A DNA stretch of 64,000 nt from Schmidtea nova (lineage: Eukaryota): NCBI GenBank assembly GCA_044892505.1, contig CM097883.1:228966001-229030000 (forward strand). Reading direction: 5' to 3'. Positions 27,975 through 42,931 of the stretch are shown piece by piece. The position numbers and the translations under genes are program-made. The notes beneath the pieces were generated by a model, which was not told the DNA's origin, made no database searches, and saw only the letters and a program-made list of their open reading frames with translations. Every line of letters begins with the position of its first letter. Positions within the stretch are counted from its first letter, which is position 1.

Positions 27975-28999
27975 TTTATCCTGATTTTTTTAAAGACTAA
28001 ATGCATATTTAATAACAAAATTGATAATTTGATTATTATAATATTAGAAACGACAGAATCAATTTTAACATTAATGGAATTATTGATCATAAATATTTTA
28101 ATTGATATATAATATTCTACAATCGATATAAAAATTGTATTTTAATAATTTTAATTTAATATTTGTTAATTTATACCTTTATTTAGAATTGGCGATGGTA
28201 TTGCAAAAACATTAAAAATCTTAACATATTCCTATCCCCGTTTTTACTTTTTGTTCTTGACGTTCCAATCGTACCTTATATGGCGCGATAAATATATTTT
28301 TTGCAACGTTTTTCACCACGCATTTCTTTAGCTATCTTTTAGGAGTATTTTTAAAACAAAATTAGATGAATTACTTGTTATAGGTATATTTTATGTAATA
28401 AATACTAGCAACTTATATTATTTAATCCTACAATTTGTATTTTTGTTCGACAATTATATACATCAAGAAAGGTGAGCTGTTTTCTTATTATTTACAGTCT
28501 TATTGGTTTAAAGTTAGTGCGCACACGCAACTATGCCTGGCAAATTATCAGTAGCATAGCATATATACATTTTACTGTAAAATTATGTCATCTTAATCGA
28601 CAGAAGATTTAAAATATGTAAAAAAAATTGCCATATTTTTCTAGACAGGATATCTTTAATTTCGTTTATTTTCTTTTTTTCCAGTTAGAAAGTAAATTTT
28701 TTTTAAAAATTTACACATCTTGAGATTTCCAGCAATTTATTTATTACCTACTACCAACTAGCAGAGAAGTATATATTCTAAATAAGTTTTACCAAATTGG
28801 ATTTTATTTTCATTTGAGAAATAAAGTTATTTTTTGAAAAATTTTTCACCTAAGATTATAACAAGATATATCTACGATTAGATTAAAATTTTGAATACTT
28901 GATCTAGAGGCTCGAAAATCTTAGGCTTTCAATGTGGCATTTTCTATATATTCTATCGTGATGATTCAATTCCATGTACATATTATTTGATATACAATA

Positions 29000-30300
29000 A
29001 AATCAGCATTTAGTAACAGTAAAATTTGTAGTTTATTCGCACGAAAATAAACATTGCAACGTTAAGTGCGAATATTCACTTTCGGCAATTATCTGTCAAT
29101 TGATTCCAGAATCTTCTATAATTCTTCACCTTCATCAAATCTTCATTTAAACCTAATTTATCTTTCCTAATAATAATTATCTATATACTTCTATTCACGT
29201 TTCTTTCCAAATTCCTTCATGGGGTTTAAAGCTGACACTGATATTTCTCTTAATTAATATATACTTCTATATGTTTTATCTTTAAATTCTCATTTTTCGT
29301 TCTGATATATCACTGTACTATATTATGATTCCACAAAAACTCTTTTGTTCACTTAATGGAGTTTTTCTTGATTTATTCAGATTTTATACGAAAAATTTAT
29401 TATTTAATAATTTTCTGTAAATTTATCTCTGGCAGCCTTTCAAATAAGTTATGTATTTTTTCAATAAACCATTTCTCATTTTTATTTGTCCTAATTAATT
29501 CCTAATTAATTTCACTGCTTCTATTTTGTTTATTTTAATTTCCTTTTGTGTGACTCAAACAAAGTACGCATCCAATATAATATAAAGTTCCTGAAAATGA
29601 TGAGGTTTTTACTTGAAATTTGTTCAGCTTTTTATCATTTGCTTAATTCTTTTCAATTTAGACTTAGAAATTGGATTCAGTGGTACAAAATTAATGCAAT
29701 CTCTTCGATAAATATTTTCTAGATATTTGGTTGTATAGACATGTAAATATAAAAGCCTGTCTTATTGTATTTTCGAATTATAATAATTGATTTTCCACCT
29801 AAGTTATTGTTGACTTTTTACACATAATTATACTATATTTTGTTCTCTTAGTTGTTTTATAAACAGATCCGTCAGAACAAAAATATCGTGAAACAAAACA
29901 ATTCAAATTTATTATTAAACCTAATATTTGAATAAATTAAACAATAATTTTTCTTTTAGTGTAAAAATTACAAATAGAAGAATAATTAAACAATAGGGAT
30001 AGTATCCGTTAGGGATTTTTCGATTTAACCGAAATTTTCAGATATCCTTATACTTAGTCAATCACTTCTCCATATTGACATCACCTGTTTTCAAACAAAT
30101 TTTCTTAATTCGAAATATTGATATATGATATTTTGAAACGGTATCGTAGTTCTTAGAATTAAAGTTTTAAATGAATTCTTTATCGTTGATAAAATCCGAC
30201 AAATATCTAATTTATGTTTGTTAACAACTTGAATGAAGTTCTTCATTGGTACGTGTATGTTAAATGTAAAATGAAATTAGTGTTTTCGGAAAGTGAATAA
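29000..30300 (-). pseudogene. Possible highly degraded LINE remnant with an RNase H-like motif
   Basis: Minus strand is A-rich with fragments RTNEEL and YFCSDGSVYK; many stops; boundaries approximate. Confidence 0.3.
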
Positions 30301-31199
30301 GTTAAATTTTGGCCCCGAAAAGTCTATAATATATACTTTTAAACTAACTTTCTTCTATTCTAATTTTGCATGAGTCCCAATTAAATTGGTATATTATTTT
30401 TTTGTCCTTAAAAGGAAATTTTGTTGGTTCTGAATTCTTGAGATGTTTAATTAAAGTTTTCGGGATTTTAAATATTTTGTCAAATGAACAAGTTTATAGG
30501 GGTATCAAATAAAATGCGAGTATCTAACAAGTATCTAACAAAAATTTATGCTCGCATTACCTAGCCCTACCCACTTTGGAATTTTAAACGATTTGAAATT
30601 TGTGGTAGTGTCGAGAATATCAACGTAAAAACTTTTTTTGTAAAGGTAGGTACGAGTTACATCTAACCTAGTGAATGCCATTTAAATTGTTTTTATCTGT
30701 AGTAATGTGTACAAACTATGGATGAACTTTGGACGAACTTCATTGTGTTGATTTTTGAAAAAATTTTGTTTTCATTTATTTTTAATATGAGTTTGAAGAC
30801 GTCAGGTGGAATTTTAAAAACAAAATTAAGTAAAATTAAGTGCTTTAAATTATTAAGAACTGTTAGTTGTATATTAATTATCGATCAATTAAAATAGATT
30901 AAAACTGTTATTGTTCTTGTCAAGTTGATGCAAAATTTAACGTTAAATGCATAGGAATTATGTCTAAATCAATAAATATGACGCAATTTAATAAAGTTTA
31001 GAAAGTAATAAATAAATTACTAAAATTAATATTTTTCGAGGAAAAAAGACTGTTAATAAATGATTCGAGCACGAAGATAATAATTTTGAATCGATTTTGG
31101 CGTACCAAAACTAAGTTATTTAAAAAGTACAGATAAAAAAAGTAAAGATAAATTTAAAAAAAACTTATTTAAGTAGTAGAATTTTCTGGCTATCATTCT

Positions 31200-34100
31200 A
31201 CCCAGTGAAAATAACTTAATTTTGGGAGAAGTGTCATTGATCTTTATTGACCAGATGTTGCCTGTATAGATAGAGTGGAAGATCAATTTACTTTGAAAAA
31301 TTCAAATTTTTTTGTTGACAAAGGAGTTAGCGATCACCAGAGATTTGTAAAAACAGCATTAACGACAGAAAAACAAAAGATCTATAAATTCAAACCAGGA
31401 ACAACGTCTAAAATATGGGTATACCAAACTAATCAAATAAGAGCAATTTACATATCCAGGAAAACGAAGAGGAAAATGGGAGACAAGGAACAAGAAGTTA
31501 AGCCAATGTAAAACAGAGTGCTATACATTCCTCAATAGATAAAATTGAAGACGAATATGAGGAAGAAGATCAAGGTAACACAGCTATGATAATGAACCAG
31601 AATAATACGATATTAGAAGTAGAAGCAAAGGAAGTGATAGTAACAAATAATATCAGAGAACCTATAGATTAAATATGTTGGATAAAATCCATACAGGACA
31701 CAAACAGAACCCTATTTCTAAATTCTAATAAAAATTGAAAAATTTAGAATACCAGCCCTAGTAAATGTTATCAACAACCAGTAAACGAAAAGGAACAAAA
31801 AATAATCAGAGTTAGAATCAAAAACAGCCTAGCTGATATGCATATGGGGAACAATATGTCAAGAGCACACCACGATGAAATAAATAATGACAAGCACAAA
31901 AGGCGCAGGAGACCCTGTCGCAAAAGCAATAAGATTGCCAAGAGCAACAGTTACAATAACAGAAACAGCAACAATAGTCAAATTTTACAGAAAAAAGTGG
32001 AGATATCAATTACCCCAAACTGAATACAAAAAATGGGAAAACAATTCAAAACGGTATTTAAAAAATACAGAACTTACGTTAACATTACGTTAAGAAACTT
32101 TATCAAAAAAGAAAAAAAGTTACCTAGACAAATAGACTATAACAGATAATTCGATATGGAAGATAAAATATATATATATATATCGGATGAAGACGCCGAG
32201 CGAATAATTCAAGGGGTGAAACACATTAAAGTAATATCAACAATAATGGACTTTCCAATAAATTATATCAGCTGTAGTTGAAGAATCAAGAATAGCAATG
32301 AAAATAATATGGATAACTGCAGGAATAATAGGCGCAATATTGATTTTGATTCTCATACAACATGCAAAAAATGAGACAATGACCAACTGTAGAAATATTC
32401 GAATATAGAATCAATTTTAGAAAAGTTAGGGCAAAAGACGAATATGATATATGCAATGAACCATGAATCAATGGAATATGGATGAGAGAATTGCCACCAA
32501 TAGTAAATCCGTCAATAATGGAAACATACATATGTGGTGCGCTTAATAAGTCGTGAGACTAAAATAGAAAGACTTAAGATATCAACAGAAAACTTTGTAT
32601 TTAGAAGAAGCATGGTAAACAGGCATCATTTCTCAAAATAATTTCCTTCTGCATTGACACAATTTTCCCAGCGAAAAACGAGGTTTTCGAAGGCGTTTTT
32701 GAATTATTCTGGATTCTTTTTCCCACGGTTGCTCTCAAATCATGTTTGTTGGCAAACACTTAGATCCGCAGATGCTTCTTAAGATGGTTAAACAGGAAAA
32801 AATCGAAGGGCGCGAAATTGGGGCTGTATGGTGGATTGGGAAGCAAATTGAGCCCGCAACGCTCAATTTTGGCCATGGAAACGCTGCAGGTGTGGATGGG
32901 AGCATTATCGTGTAAAAAATAGAGATCACACACTGCTCTTGCGTCGTGCCTTCCTTGCTTGCTGTACGATGTTGGAGTAGTAAGAACTGCTTTCTTCTGG
33001 CAGTTTCCATTCTTGAGACTCTCTTTTAGATTCGGGGACATAAAGGGAAAACTGTGTCTCGTCCACAGTGATGATATTATCAATGAAACGGTCTCCAACA
33101 TTGGTCCTGATCTGCAGATTCTCCAAGCGTCGTTCTCACATTTCCACCATTACGAAGCGTGGCACAAAACGGGAACATAGTTTTTGAATACCACTTTCAG
33201 TAAGGAGAGTATGCACAGTGCTTTTGCTCACATTTAGACGGGTTGTGAGCTCTCTCGTCGTTTTCTCTCGTTTTGCATGATTGTCTGCAGCTTTGTGTTA
33301 TTTTTTCATCAATTTCTGAGGGTCTTCCAGATCTTTCTTCGTCCACCACGGAGGTTCTACCACTCTGAAAGTAATTGAATCAACGATAAATTGTTGCTGT
33401 GGATAAGCACTCTTGTTGGTAAACAGTTTTCAGTTCAGAAAGAACTTCTTCTCTATTTTTTCCTTTCAGAAAGAGAAAGCGAATAACGCTACGGTATTGA
33501 ATAGTTACCAGAGGCATTTTTTGAATGTTCGCAAAAATATACTTAAACAATAATGGATTATTAAAACAAAATACATTTTCTTTACCTATATATGTTGAAG
33601 TTTAAATATGTATGTATCAATATTTTTACTATTATTATTTCTATATTAGTCTCACAACTTATTGGGCGCACCACGTATATCGAAACACAGACGAATTAAA
33701 TGGGGAATCCGTTACTGTAATAAATAAAACATGAAATGTAAATAATATACAAATTATATAGTATTATTAAAGTATGTATATAGTATTATAACTGTATATA
33801 ATAAAATATTTTTTATCAAAAAATGTGTGTCTCAAAACTGACTGAATAGATGAAAGAAATTTTGTTAAATACCAATCTAATCACCAGACATTTTTCAATT
33901 AGAAACTTTTGTGTAAATAGTGAAATGAAACGAAAAATGTAAGATAAAATCTGTAAAGAAAAGAGTAAAAAGAAACTGTAAACAAAAAAGTAAAAAGCCA
34001 TAAATAAAAAGAAAAACGAAGAAAAGAAATAAAACCAATAAAAATCAGATAAATATCAAAATTCAATAAGAATCAGAAAAAGAGAAAAGAAAAGATCTAC

Positions 34101-35250
34101 GAGAAATTAAAATATCGAACTAAAATGAAATTATCAAAGCAGAAATCCGAGATAAATCACCAGAAAATGCTAAACGATCAAGATAATTAAAAGAGAAATT
34201 ATTTATTTTGTGACGGTCCTTGTGGAGATACTGTAATTGAAGGGGAATTAAGTCATCACAACTATCGATTAAGGACAAATAGATAGAAATAAATAAAAAG
34301 AGAACCAAATAGCAAAAAATACAAACAGCGAAACCGCAGAGAATTTTCTAAGAACAGTATTCGGAGATCTAGTCCACGATTAACCCAATCCCGAAATATC
34401 TACAACAAATGTACAGATATCAAGAGCCTATGACTTATAAATATAATTTACATGTCGTCCTTGCAAATATAGAAATATTCTTAATCTTAATTTGAAATCT
34501 TCTAATAACAAAAATTGCAATAGTATGCTGTCAAACAAAAGTCGAGCCAATCAAATCCAAATTAACAAGTCATGAATAACACTATTGAAAACCTTTACAA
34601 CAAACAAATGGCGAAGAAATCTAACAAGCCAAAAATGATATTCAAACCACCATTGATAATCGAAATCTTTTACTAAAGATAATGGAAGGAGGATTGGCCA
34701 AATAAGAAGTATATGAGGCTAAATATAAGACTGATCGAGAAACTCAAACCTCATAAAGCAATTTAAAATACAAATAGGACAATTGACCAACAAATTAAAC
34801 CAAACTATTCAATCCAAAACCACCAACCTAAACGACCAAGAAATTCACCAGTTTCACCATATCATTTCTCGACAAATTTCCGAACTCTGCAATAATTGAA
34901 GAATCTTCACACAGAAAGCATCGTATTGATAAATAAATCTACGGCCACATAAAAGATTGGCCAAGCCCTGAAAACTTTCAAACCCACAATGACCACAGAA
35001 AATTATTCTCAAGACCTGATTCAATCCTTCAAATCGGAAAATTCGTTGGAGCCTACTATATTATGCTAAAATTGTTCTACCAAGATACCAAACGAGTCGT
35101 AAACCGTCTTATTTGAAACAAGATATAGAAATGGAAAATGGAACAAACAATCAATCGACAACGAAACAATCTATAAAATACCCAAATCGAAGACCCAAAA
35201 CACTCAAACTAAACTTTATAAACTTTGATCCAAGATGCTGTAGACTCATA
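31200..35250 (+). pseudogene. Unclassified degraded A-rich coding-like remnant, interrupted by a mariner element
   Basis: Strong strand bias and short broken ORFs on both sides of the 32533-33675 insertion; family not recognised. Confidence 0.3.
32533..33675 (-). mobile_element. Mariner element (1143 bp) with a frameshifted, deleted transposase
   Basis: TA-flanked TIRs tgtggtgcgcttaataagtcgtgagactaa / ttagtctcacaacttattgggcgcaccacg; motifs IITVDET, LHDNAPIH, PPYSPNFAPFDFFLF. Confidence 0.92.
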
Positions 35251-36333
35251 TTGAACTTGTTTACGCCGCTGTAGGCACATGTTTTATTTTAATTTTTTGC
35301 GGGTCAGTGTAAACTCATATTGTTGTATATGTACGACATATTTATCGCTTTATGTTTTCGTTGTACGTGAAGGCATGATCACAACCAAGTAGCTCGTGTA
35401 TTTTGTACAACATTTCGACCTTTTAATTTTTTTGATTCTTAACCCATCTGAGAAATTGTGGGCCCCCGATTGTTTTATCTTGGGCAAAAACTAGAATTTG
35501 TTTTACAAAACAGCATGTAGAGAGTCCGCCAGAAGTGAATTCAAAATCTTTCATGTGGAACACCAATTAAACAAAATAATAACAGAGTACAGAAAAAAAT
35601 AAATAAAACACGTTTAAAAAATTAAACTGATACACGTTGAAAACTCAAATATAACAATATATGCAAAATAAAATTACAAATTAGGGAAATTTTACATACT
35701 TTGGGGAAATCTTTCGATTTTTATCTTTAAAGCTCGTAAATTATAAAAGAAAATTTATCAAATTTCTCTAAATTAGTAAAAACTTTAATTTAGAGTAAAA
35801 ACTTGGAATAAAATTAATTTATTTAAAGATTTTTATAAAATTTGACGTAAAAATTTATTTAATTTTCCATAAAATTGTCAAATTTAATTTTGGAAAAATC
35901 GAAAAATTTGACCTTGAAAATTTGTTTAAAAACGCTAATGAAAATAGCCAGCAAAATTTCTTTTGGTTTATGGTTATTTTTCGACGAATAAACGGTTGCG
36001 GTGGGTCGAAAAAATATTACTAACTTATCTTTCGTAAAATTCAGGACCTTAATGATTAAAATTTATGTCGATTTCTTATTAAGATACCATAGATTCGACT
36101 ATATTTGCCTCAAACTCAACTGCGGAAGCGCTAAGTGAGAAGTGGGAACCGATTTTCTGAAAATTCTTGCAAATATTTGACTTTTGTTAATAATGACTGT
36201 GATGTTTGGTTTTGTTTTTTGTGTGTATTATCTAAATGTAGCATGGATTTTGGATTTAACCAAATATTTTCGTTGTCTACACGTTAATAGCGTGCCTAAT
36301 TTATGTGCCTAAAAGGCTTTAATAACATTTATA

Positions 36334-37133
36334 TGTAGCAAACAATACTAAAAGCAAAGAATTATCAAAATAAATAAAAGTGCAAAAATTAATTAAAATT
36401 TACCAAAAATTTAAAATTAATATTCATCAGGGGAAATGAGTATGGTTGAATGCCAAATCAAAAGACGAACCAATAACTAATGATAGAAATTTAGTAAGGG
36501 AAAGAGAAAGTTATGTAGTAAAAACAAACTAATTAAAATTAATTAATCGATCAATGGGAAGCCCGATGCAATGGGAAACCCGAGTGATGAAGGAAACAGG
36601 AGTGCAGTAGAGACCCATGTGATCAAAGGCGGTAGATTGCGCAGGGCAATTAGTGAAATCCACCCGAGCGCAAACATAATAATTTGTTGATGGACCAATT
36701 AAGCCTGAGATTGTGTAACGTTTTGGTTGTTGATAAAATTGAATTGCCATTTGCGATATGTATAAAAAGCAGCGCAAGCTAAAGGACGCTGCGGAGAAGC
36801 CGAAAGATTGACGTACAGAAAGTTATTGAAATTTATTGAAATTAACCAAGAGAAAGAAGAGAGAATATTGCGGAATTCGAAAAAGACAATAAACAAAGTG
36901 AGGAAATATATCTTTGTAACCGTCCTAACAAGAGGATCAAATCCTATTAAGAAAAAAGGTTCAAATTGTCGAGAGTGTACATCAAATTGATAAAAACAAG
37001 TTTGGATAAATTGTAAATTGTGGTGATCATCAAATTAATTGTTCTGTGTTGGGTTCTTTGATTTTCAATAATTAAAGGACACGAGAAGTCAGGTCTTTGA
37101 AACGATCTTAAACAACACAATAATAACCCAACA
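36334..37133 (+). mobile_element. Second, diverged solo LTR related to 22181-23087
   Basis: Alignable A-rich U3 block, caatgggaaacccgag motif, TATAAAA, same cacaataataacccaaca 3' end; left boundary approximate. Confidence 0.7.
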
Positions 37134-40100
37134 ATATTTTGTTTTAATTGTGGTATTTTATTATGTTAATTTACTGATTTTCGTCCTTTCTATATTTTTA
37201 TTTTGAATATTTAACTTAAATTCATATATCAAGCCTAATTATTTCGATGAATAAATAGTGTTCGGAAAAAAATACCTAATTTCACCGCAATTAATACTTT
37301 TGAGTTGCAAATGTGCTAAAGTAAATTTGGTTGATACATCAGATATAGTTATGATACATTAGGGGACTAAAATGGGCAAAGAACCTTCCATCGGTCGCCC
37401 TTGAATTCATTGTTACATTCGGTCAATCATAGTTTCAAATTTTTCGACGCTCATTGTTTACGGATGTCCACACATTTGTTATTTTACCAACTTTACATTG
37501 TAGCGGGCAACAAGAAGGTTAAATTAATGTTTTGTGTTGAGTTGTTGATAATGAGCTGTAGCAATGTCAAGGTTATATTGACGGTCAACAACCCATCATA
37601 ATAAATTATTTACCAAATGGAAAACCTGGGCTAATGGGAAAGGCGAATTAGAAAACAATTAATTAAATGTTTTCAGGGTAAACTAAAAACTCGGGAAGTA
37701 CGAACACTCACATTTGAAATTATTGAATTCATTACAAAGAAGCTCCGAAAGATTAAAAGGTCAGTTCTACTTTGTCGTCAAATTGAATAAGATCTCAATC
37801 AATCGCCATTTGGTCGAAGATAAATTTTTATAGTTATTCAAGTAAAGTAAAAATAATTTATTCAGTTTAGAAAGTATAAGCAAGATAATATCAGTGGAAT
37901 CAAATCAATTATTGCGTACGATAACTGCTTTGACTTCAGCATTTTTTAATCAAAACATCAACCTTAAAATATTAAAGTTTATTTAAAAGAAAATCACACT
38001 ATAAATCAATAACAATGGCATTTTCCATTTCTAAAATAAGTGATCATTGATAATTTCCTTCCTTTTCATGTACTGTGCTGCTCTATGGTGTCGTTACGTT
38101 AAAATGAGTAGTCAAATCTTCATTCCTTGGCACTAATTACTATTTTTTCTATCTTTTAACGTAATTCAACGGTATGACTGAAACTTAACCTTGTTCATAT
38201 AACCACATACTCTCTTCTGAGTCTGCATTGGTACTGTATATGACAGCCTGAGTTCTTAGAGGAGGTGAGGTCTTTATTAGCTATTGTCCTAATTGGTTCA
38301 CATTATATATTAATCACTTGCTTTCCTAAAGTCACTCTAATTTCTACTTCGCTAATAAATATCCCCGAACCCATGACATACTAATCATCATAGCTTTTTT
38401 AATTACTCAAATATTAGTAATAAGTGGAGAAAATCCTAATATGTGTGAAGGTATTCGAAGATCTTAATGATAGTGAAAATTTAGATGAAATCTTGCTCAG
38501 AAAAATAAGTCGAAAAGAAATATTGATAATGATGATACTAACGACCAGTAAGACATACATTGATTAACAATCTGCATGCTTCGATTTCTATTATTATAGT
38601 TTATTATGAAAATCTTTATACAAATGCTTTTTTATCGACGATCTTGTACGAGAAATTATGTTGCTACTTTTTAATAAAATGAATGATGTGACAATAGGAA
38701 AACTGTTGTATGATCTATCAAAATTTAGATAAATATACAGCAAACCGTAAAACCCTTTTAAACTTTCTGCTTTCACCTCTACATAATATATTTAGCATCT
38801 CTAGATTTTGTTGTGTTGTGCAGTTCTTTCAAATGTAGAGAAAAATTTTAATTAAAACAATAAAAATCAAAATTATAACTTCATTTAAGGAGAACAAATT
38901 ATTATAACAACCTTGCGGGTGTTCATCGAGCATTCTCTCTCATCTACGCAAAGTATGAGGCCGGAATTGAAGTCGATTTGACAGTATTGGATTGAGAAGT
39001 TCGGGAGAATCCACTCCGAACACGTATGCGCCACACTTACTAGCAGAATTGTAACAAGTTTGGAATTCCACATCGAGTTAGTAGCTCGGAAGGTCAAGAA
39101 AAAAAACAAAAACACAAAAATGTTCATTTTATGCATGCAATTAATTTTTTTCAAATCGACAATTCACTGATCGAGTATATTATCATCATAGTGAAACAAT
39201 ACAAGGACATTTGGAAAATAACCGGTGTCAGGATAAAAAAAGTTGTAGGACAAGCAAAGCGTCTAGATGGACATACTACAGAATGTCCAAATTAAAGCCA
39301 TCTCTTCGAGCTAAAATTAAAAGAAGATTTTTGACAGTAAAGTGTTTACTCTCTTTTCGTACTTCTTCCAAAATGTCTGTGCTCAAAAAAATTGTGAAAA
39401 GTTTTTCAAGTTTTTCCAACTGTTGCCAAGAGTGCTAAAAATTGGTTGTATTTTTTGTTGTTTGTATGAAAATGGTACTGCTATTTATACCATTTGAAAA
39501 TGGTACTGCTATTTATACCATTTTCATATTATTTTTATTTTTTGATTTAATAAAACAAACGTTTTGAAATTTTTCTTTTTTAAAATAATTTCTCTTTAAT
39601 AAAAATAATTTTCATTTATGTAACAGAAATCACAAAAGCTACTAGGATTTGTAGTTGTGATTCTGTATATAAAAGGAATTTGGTGTTATGGGATATTTCA
39701 TAAATAAAAATCCACCATAAATAAATGAAACCCATACTATGGATTCTATGCTCCTAGATGTTGTGGTGTTAAATTCAATATTTTTCAATTTAATCCCATT
39801 CATCGTTAGTTTAGATTCAGAAAATTTATAGACACGAAATTAAGTAATAACACTTAAAAATTTGTAATTATAACTTAATTAATATTATTATTTAATTAAA
39901 ATTATATAGGAAACTAATTAAGATTTACCTTAGGTTCAAAATTTTTAGTCTGACCAACATTTCAATAAGTCAATTTTTTACTATAGGTAATGTAATTCTA
40001 TATTACACCAAAAGTCTGTAATTAATGGGCACACAGACATTTATTTATTACATTTATTCCATCTGGTATTTGACCATAACCAGATATGAAGATCAGCGTC

Positions 40101-40306
40101 TTTAGCGAATTATATCCTGATGAAATGATAGTTAGAAATTTTATTTCAGGGATAATAAATATCAAAATTTGTAATTTCGCTTCACATACCGATCATGGCG
40201 ATCACATTAGTTGTAGTTGTTCACGACTTGTGTATACCTAGAGACTTATTCCAGTTCGTTAAGATATTTAGGATTCATTAGGTTTCTTGGAGTGTTGGGA
40301 AAGCTG

Positions 40307-40789
40307 CAGTGGCGTACCTAGGGTAAATGGCGCCTATGGCAAACACCGATCTTGCGTCCCTCCCCGACGATAGGTTACTTATGTTTTATTTTCTTAAAAA
40401 CTACTTTAGAATTGGGTAAAAAAGCACACAAGTTAAATCTATTAACACTTTATTACAAATTTATCTTTCTTGCTTTAGCTAACGCAAATTGTTTAATTAT
40501 ATTATCAAAGTCAATTTCTTCGGTCATTTCTCGTTCTATGCTAAGTAAAGGAAGATCACATAATCGACTTTGGCCCATCGAGGCTCTCAAATATGAAAAT
40601 ATCAATTTTAATTTGCTAAATGATCTTTCGCAACTGGCAATAGAAACCGCGATTTAATACACATATTTATATCTATAATAATATTTTTTTTATTTTCATT
40701 TGCGTATTTATACGTTAGGCGCTTTTTCGCGCCTCTTCAGTTGGTGCCCATGGCACGTGCTATGAATGCCATACCCTAGTTACCCTCTG
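40307..40789. mobile_element. hAT-type MITE (483 bp)
   Basis: Perfect 8-bp TSD gaaagctg; TIR CAGTGGCGTACCTAGGGT / ACCCTAGTTACCCTCTG. Confidence 0.88.
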
Positions 40790-42176
40790 GAAAGCTGTAA
40801 GGGGTATTTACCCTACTTTTATATAAACCTGAAATATATACATAAAATCGAATTTAATATCTTAATCTCAATAAGATTTTAATCTATTTTTTTTACGATC
40901 GATGAAACTTTAAATTTCGTATTATAGTAGAATCATTGTGCATAAGATTTACGATTCGGGATATACCAACTAAGCTTGAAATTATTTAATCCTGAATCTG
41001 TTTTTAATTATTCGACATTTCTACATATTTATAAAATAATTCAGCAATTGAGATCCAAATACTGGTAATATCGATATAAAGTGGAATTTAATTAAGATCC
41101 AATTATATACGGTGTATTATATAGATCTGGATTTGGTGAGATATCACTCGGATGTTTAATATGTAAAGCGCAAAATTACTTTAGAATACGACTTTTGAGC
41201 ATACAACCAAAGGGGACGAAATGAATATCACCGAATTCGGCAACTATCAAACAATAAATAAAGATTTTATATAAACATCGAGAATCTAATATCTTTCCGA
41301 CAACTACAATTATTTTACTAGCCATTTCAACACGATTACTATTAATTGGCTGTTGTAATATACTTTTAACGATATGCAACATGATGTTTTCTGGCAATTC
41401 GTTTCCAAGATATAATTCCGATAATAATTATATATGTAAAATTAGATAATATTTATTTCAATATAATACAATAGAACAGACTTTTGACTTAATATATGAT
41501 TGAAATATTTTTAAAAAGATCTAAATTTTTTTTATTTTTAGTGAAAGTCTTTTTAGTCAATTTTTTTTCAAATTCATCTGAATGTAGTTAATGTTTGCAT
41601 CATAATCTTCTATTTTAGGATTTTTTTAGACTTTTGTTGTGTTTTGTCATTAATTTGTTTACTGATGTTTCTCATTACAAATTTTTAATTCACGTCGTGT
41701 GCGGTGTCTGAATTATTCTGTTCTCACTATTATAATTCGTGATCAAAATTTTTATTTGTTATCTCTTAGCAAAAAAATTACGACTTAAGAGTGCTGGTGT
41801 GTTGGTTAGATTGACAACTGAGATCCTTATGATTTTATATGTTAGGGTGATCTCGCCAACATAAAAACATTTCCCCGCTGACACCCATGATGTATCCCTA
41901 ACTACTCATCATGTTGGTGCTGTGTCAACGTTGTGAAATGACAAGGCAGGTGAGCAACCTTTCGGCTACTATTCCCTTGTTTATTCACGGGTCCACCACT
42001 ACCGATAGAAGGTGTCTGTGGCTTTCTTTCGGTCCCACTTATGCTCTTTACTTTGCTCTAGGGTTGATTCAATGTTATTACATCTGCGGCTTTAAATGAA
42101 TCCGAGTTTTAGTTATATTCCATTCTCAGTCATTCCACAAACAAACGAGACAAGTCAAATCATTCATTTTATACAT

Positions 42177-42776
42177 TTATTTGTAGTTCAACAATACAGA
42201 GGGTCGGATTACATTTAGTAGTTCTTGCTCGGATAGACCACTGAGCAAGTCTACCTCTATTCCTACGCGATCTGCATAGGCGCGTCTTTCCCTGCGCTTT
42301 TTCGCTCCTAAGCGATTCCGTCTCTTTGTGCGTTGTGAGCCTGCGGGAATTGTATTTGTCACTGTAGTAGCCGTGGCTATGGTCGATGCATTCTCTGTTT
42401 GGGTGCTCGTAGTCACCGCTATCGTGTCTATCCATCGATTAAAGGTGCTAGCCCTGATTACTGGGCGTAGTTGTTCGGTGATGAAGTCGCGGGTCGATGC
42501 CTTCAAATAATTCGCCAACTCCAATTTCAGGGCTGCAATCTCTCTGGCATGTTCCTCAGCTACTCGTTCTGCCCTGTACCTAGCCTGCAGGATGGACTTA
42601 ACCCGCTCTGGGTTAAACCAGGTAGTCTTAATCCGCTGATGCTCCTCATTCAGCTGCCTTAATCGATTCTCCAGCACCCGTGCGCGCGCCTTGTGTTCTC
42701 GCGCCTCTTGCTTGAAGTCTCTGCCCTTGGGTTCCGTCATGTCTGTAAATATATCATTAATGTTAGTATATGTCAT
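42177..42776 (-). CDS. LTR-region ORF, 199 aa: coiled coil, Thr-rich linker, Arg/Lys-rich basic stretch
   Basis: Intact ORF with QRTKRRNRLGAKKRRERR; AATAAA overlaps the stop codon. Confidence 0.7.
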   Translation of the reverse strand: MTYTNINDIFTDMTEPKGRDFKQEAREHKARARVLENRLRQLNEEHQRIKTTWFNPERVKSILQARYRAERVAEEHAREIAALKLELANYLKASTRDFITEQLRPVIRASTFNRWIDTIAVTTSTQTENASTIATATTVTNTIPAGSQRTKRRNRLGAKKRRERRAYADRVGIEVDLLSGLSEQELLNVIRPSVLLNYK

Positions 42777-42931
42777 GTGTCTGATTTTTCGGTCATCCTA
42801 TCGTCATTAAACAACTCCGTTCTATCATCATATTATTTCCATGCGCTCGAAAGAAAAACAAAACAAGACCGTTTTCACACAAATACATATATTTTGTAAC
42901 TACGACAATCATTCTCTCTCGGCTGCGACCA

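Noticed and set aside
37900-41450. Host gene or transposase exons between the second solo LTR and the giant element
   Set aside because: Only short stop-interrupted frames with no recognisable family motifs.
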